Source: Scyliorhinus canicula | Lineage: Eukaryota | Direction: 5' to 3' | DNA: 64,000 nucleotides | NCBI RefSeq assembly: GCF_902713615.1 | Contig: NC_052148.1 | Span: 195,439,757 to 195,503,756 of the forward strand | In this document: one piece after another, positions 63,474-64,000 of the stretch | How positions within the stretch are numbered: position 1 is the first letter of the stretch | How the letters are laid out: every line of letters begins with the position of its first letter | Notes under the pieces: model-generated | Told to the model about the DNA's origin: nothing | Databases searched by the model: none | The model's input: the letters and a program-made list of their open reading frames with translations, nothing else | Program-made: the position numbers and the translations under genes

Positions 63474-64000
63474 ATTGACAACTCAGACAAGGTACAACCT
63501 CATACACTATGGGCCTAATGGTGTCAGGTTGCTGCCATCGACAAGGCTATGTCTTGTGAAACTTTCAAGCCTTAGGTTTGTACAGTGCTCCTTCATTACA
63601 ATGTGAATAAGCAGCAGTAATGCCTATATTTTCTATGGAAGGTCTTCTCTTCCAGTATTAGCAACCAATTGGACAACCATTGCAGCGAATTCTCACGCAA
63701 ATCTTGATCAGCATCTGCCCCCAGGACCAACAGCAGTTCCATCCACTTCCTGTCTCGCAGCAGGAACTTCTTACAGGCTCTCCTTTTATAATGCTTCCGG
63801 GGTCAGCGGGCATAACACCATCCCATACCCACCCCTCTGGAGTGAAAATCTGCCCACTCTGGAAAATTTCTCCCAAGGCGGGAAGTTGGGAAATTTTCTA
63901 ATTCTGCACACCTGCCTCAGGAGTGAAAATCTAGGCCCCTCCTTTCTTGACCATAATAATAATAATGGGGCATATGATGGTGGCTCTAGCAGGGTAGGTG

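Overview
Eukaryotic, repeat-dominated genomic DNA. The repeat content (HE1/V-SINE-type tRNA SINEs, CR1 LINEs with (TTCTTATG)n-type tails, a Deu-domain SINE) points to a cartilaginous fish, possibly a catshark; this is inferred from repeat content only. I could not support any intact host protein-coding exon, so the window looks intergenic or intronic. It is a nested mosaic of: a young 5'-truncated CR1; two L1-clade fragments; a decayed Gypsy pol region; at least five solo LTRs with TG..CA-type ends and target-site duplications (TSDs); several decayed PIF/Harbinger transposons (HARBI1-type transposase plus a spliced Myb/SANT-like gene) and their MITEs; about 20 SINEs; and two large minisatellites (20/25-bp units at 4.6-6.6 kb, 15-bp units at 53.2-57.9 kb). 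The long ORFs over both minisatellites are composition artefacts. Best leads: (1) the 4.7-kb 15-bp array appears to have expanded inside the C-terminal coding region of a Tigger/CENP-B-like transposase remnant; (2) four dissimilar solo LTRs each carry a CTCF-like motif just upstream of the TATA box; (3) an ORF1-less LINE appears to carry a tRNA-derived Pol III head; (4) a candidate minus-strand promoter and first exon is split by the 1.9-kb minisatellite. Boundaries are read by eye and are approximate unless TSDs are quoted.
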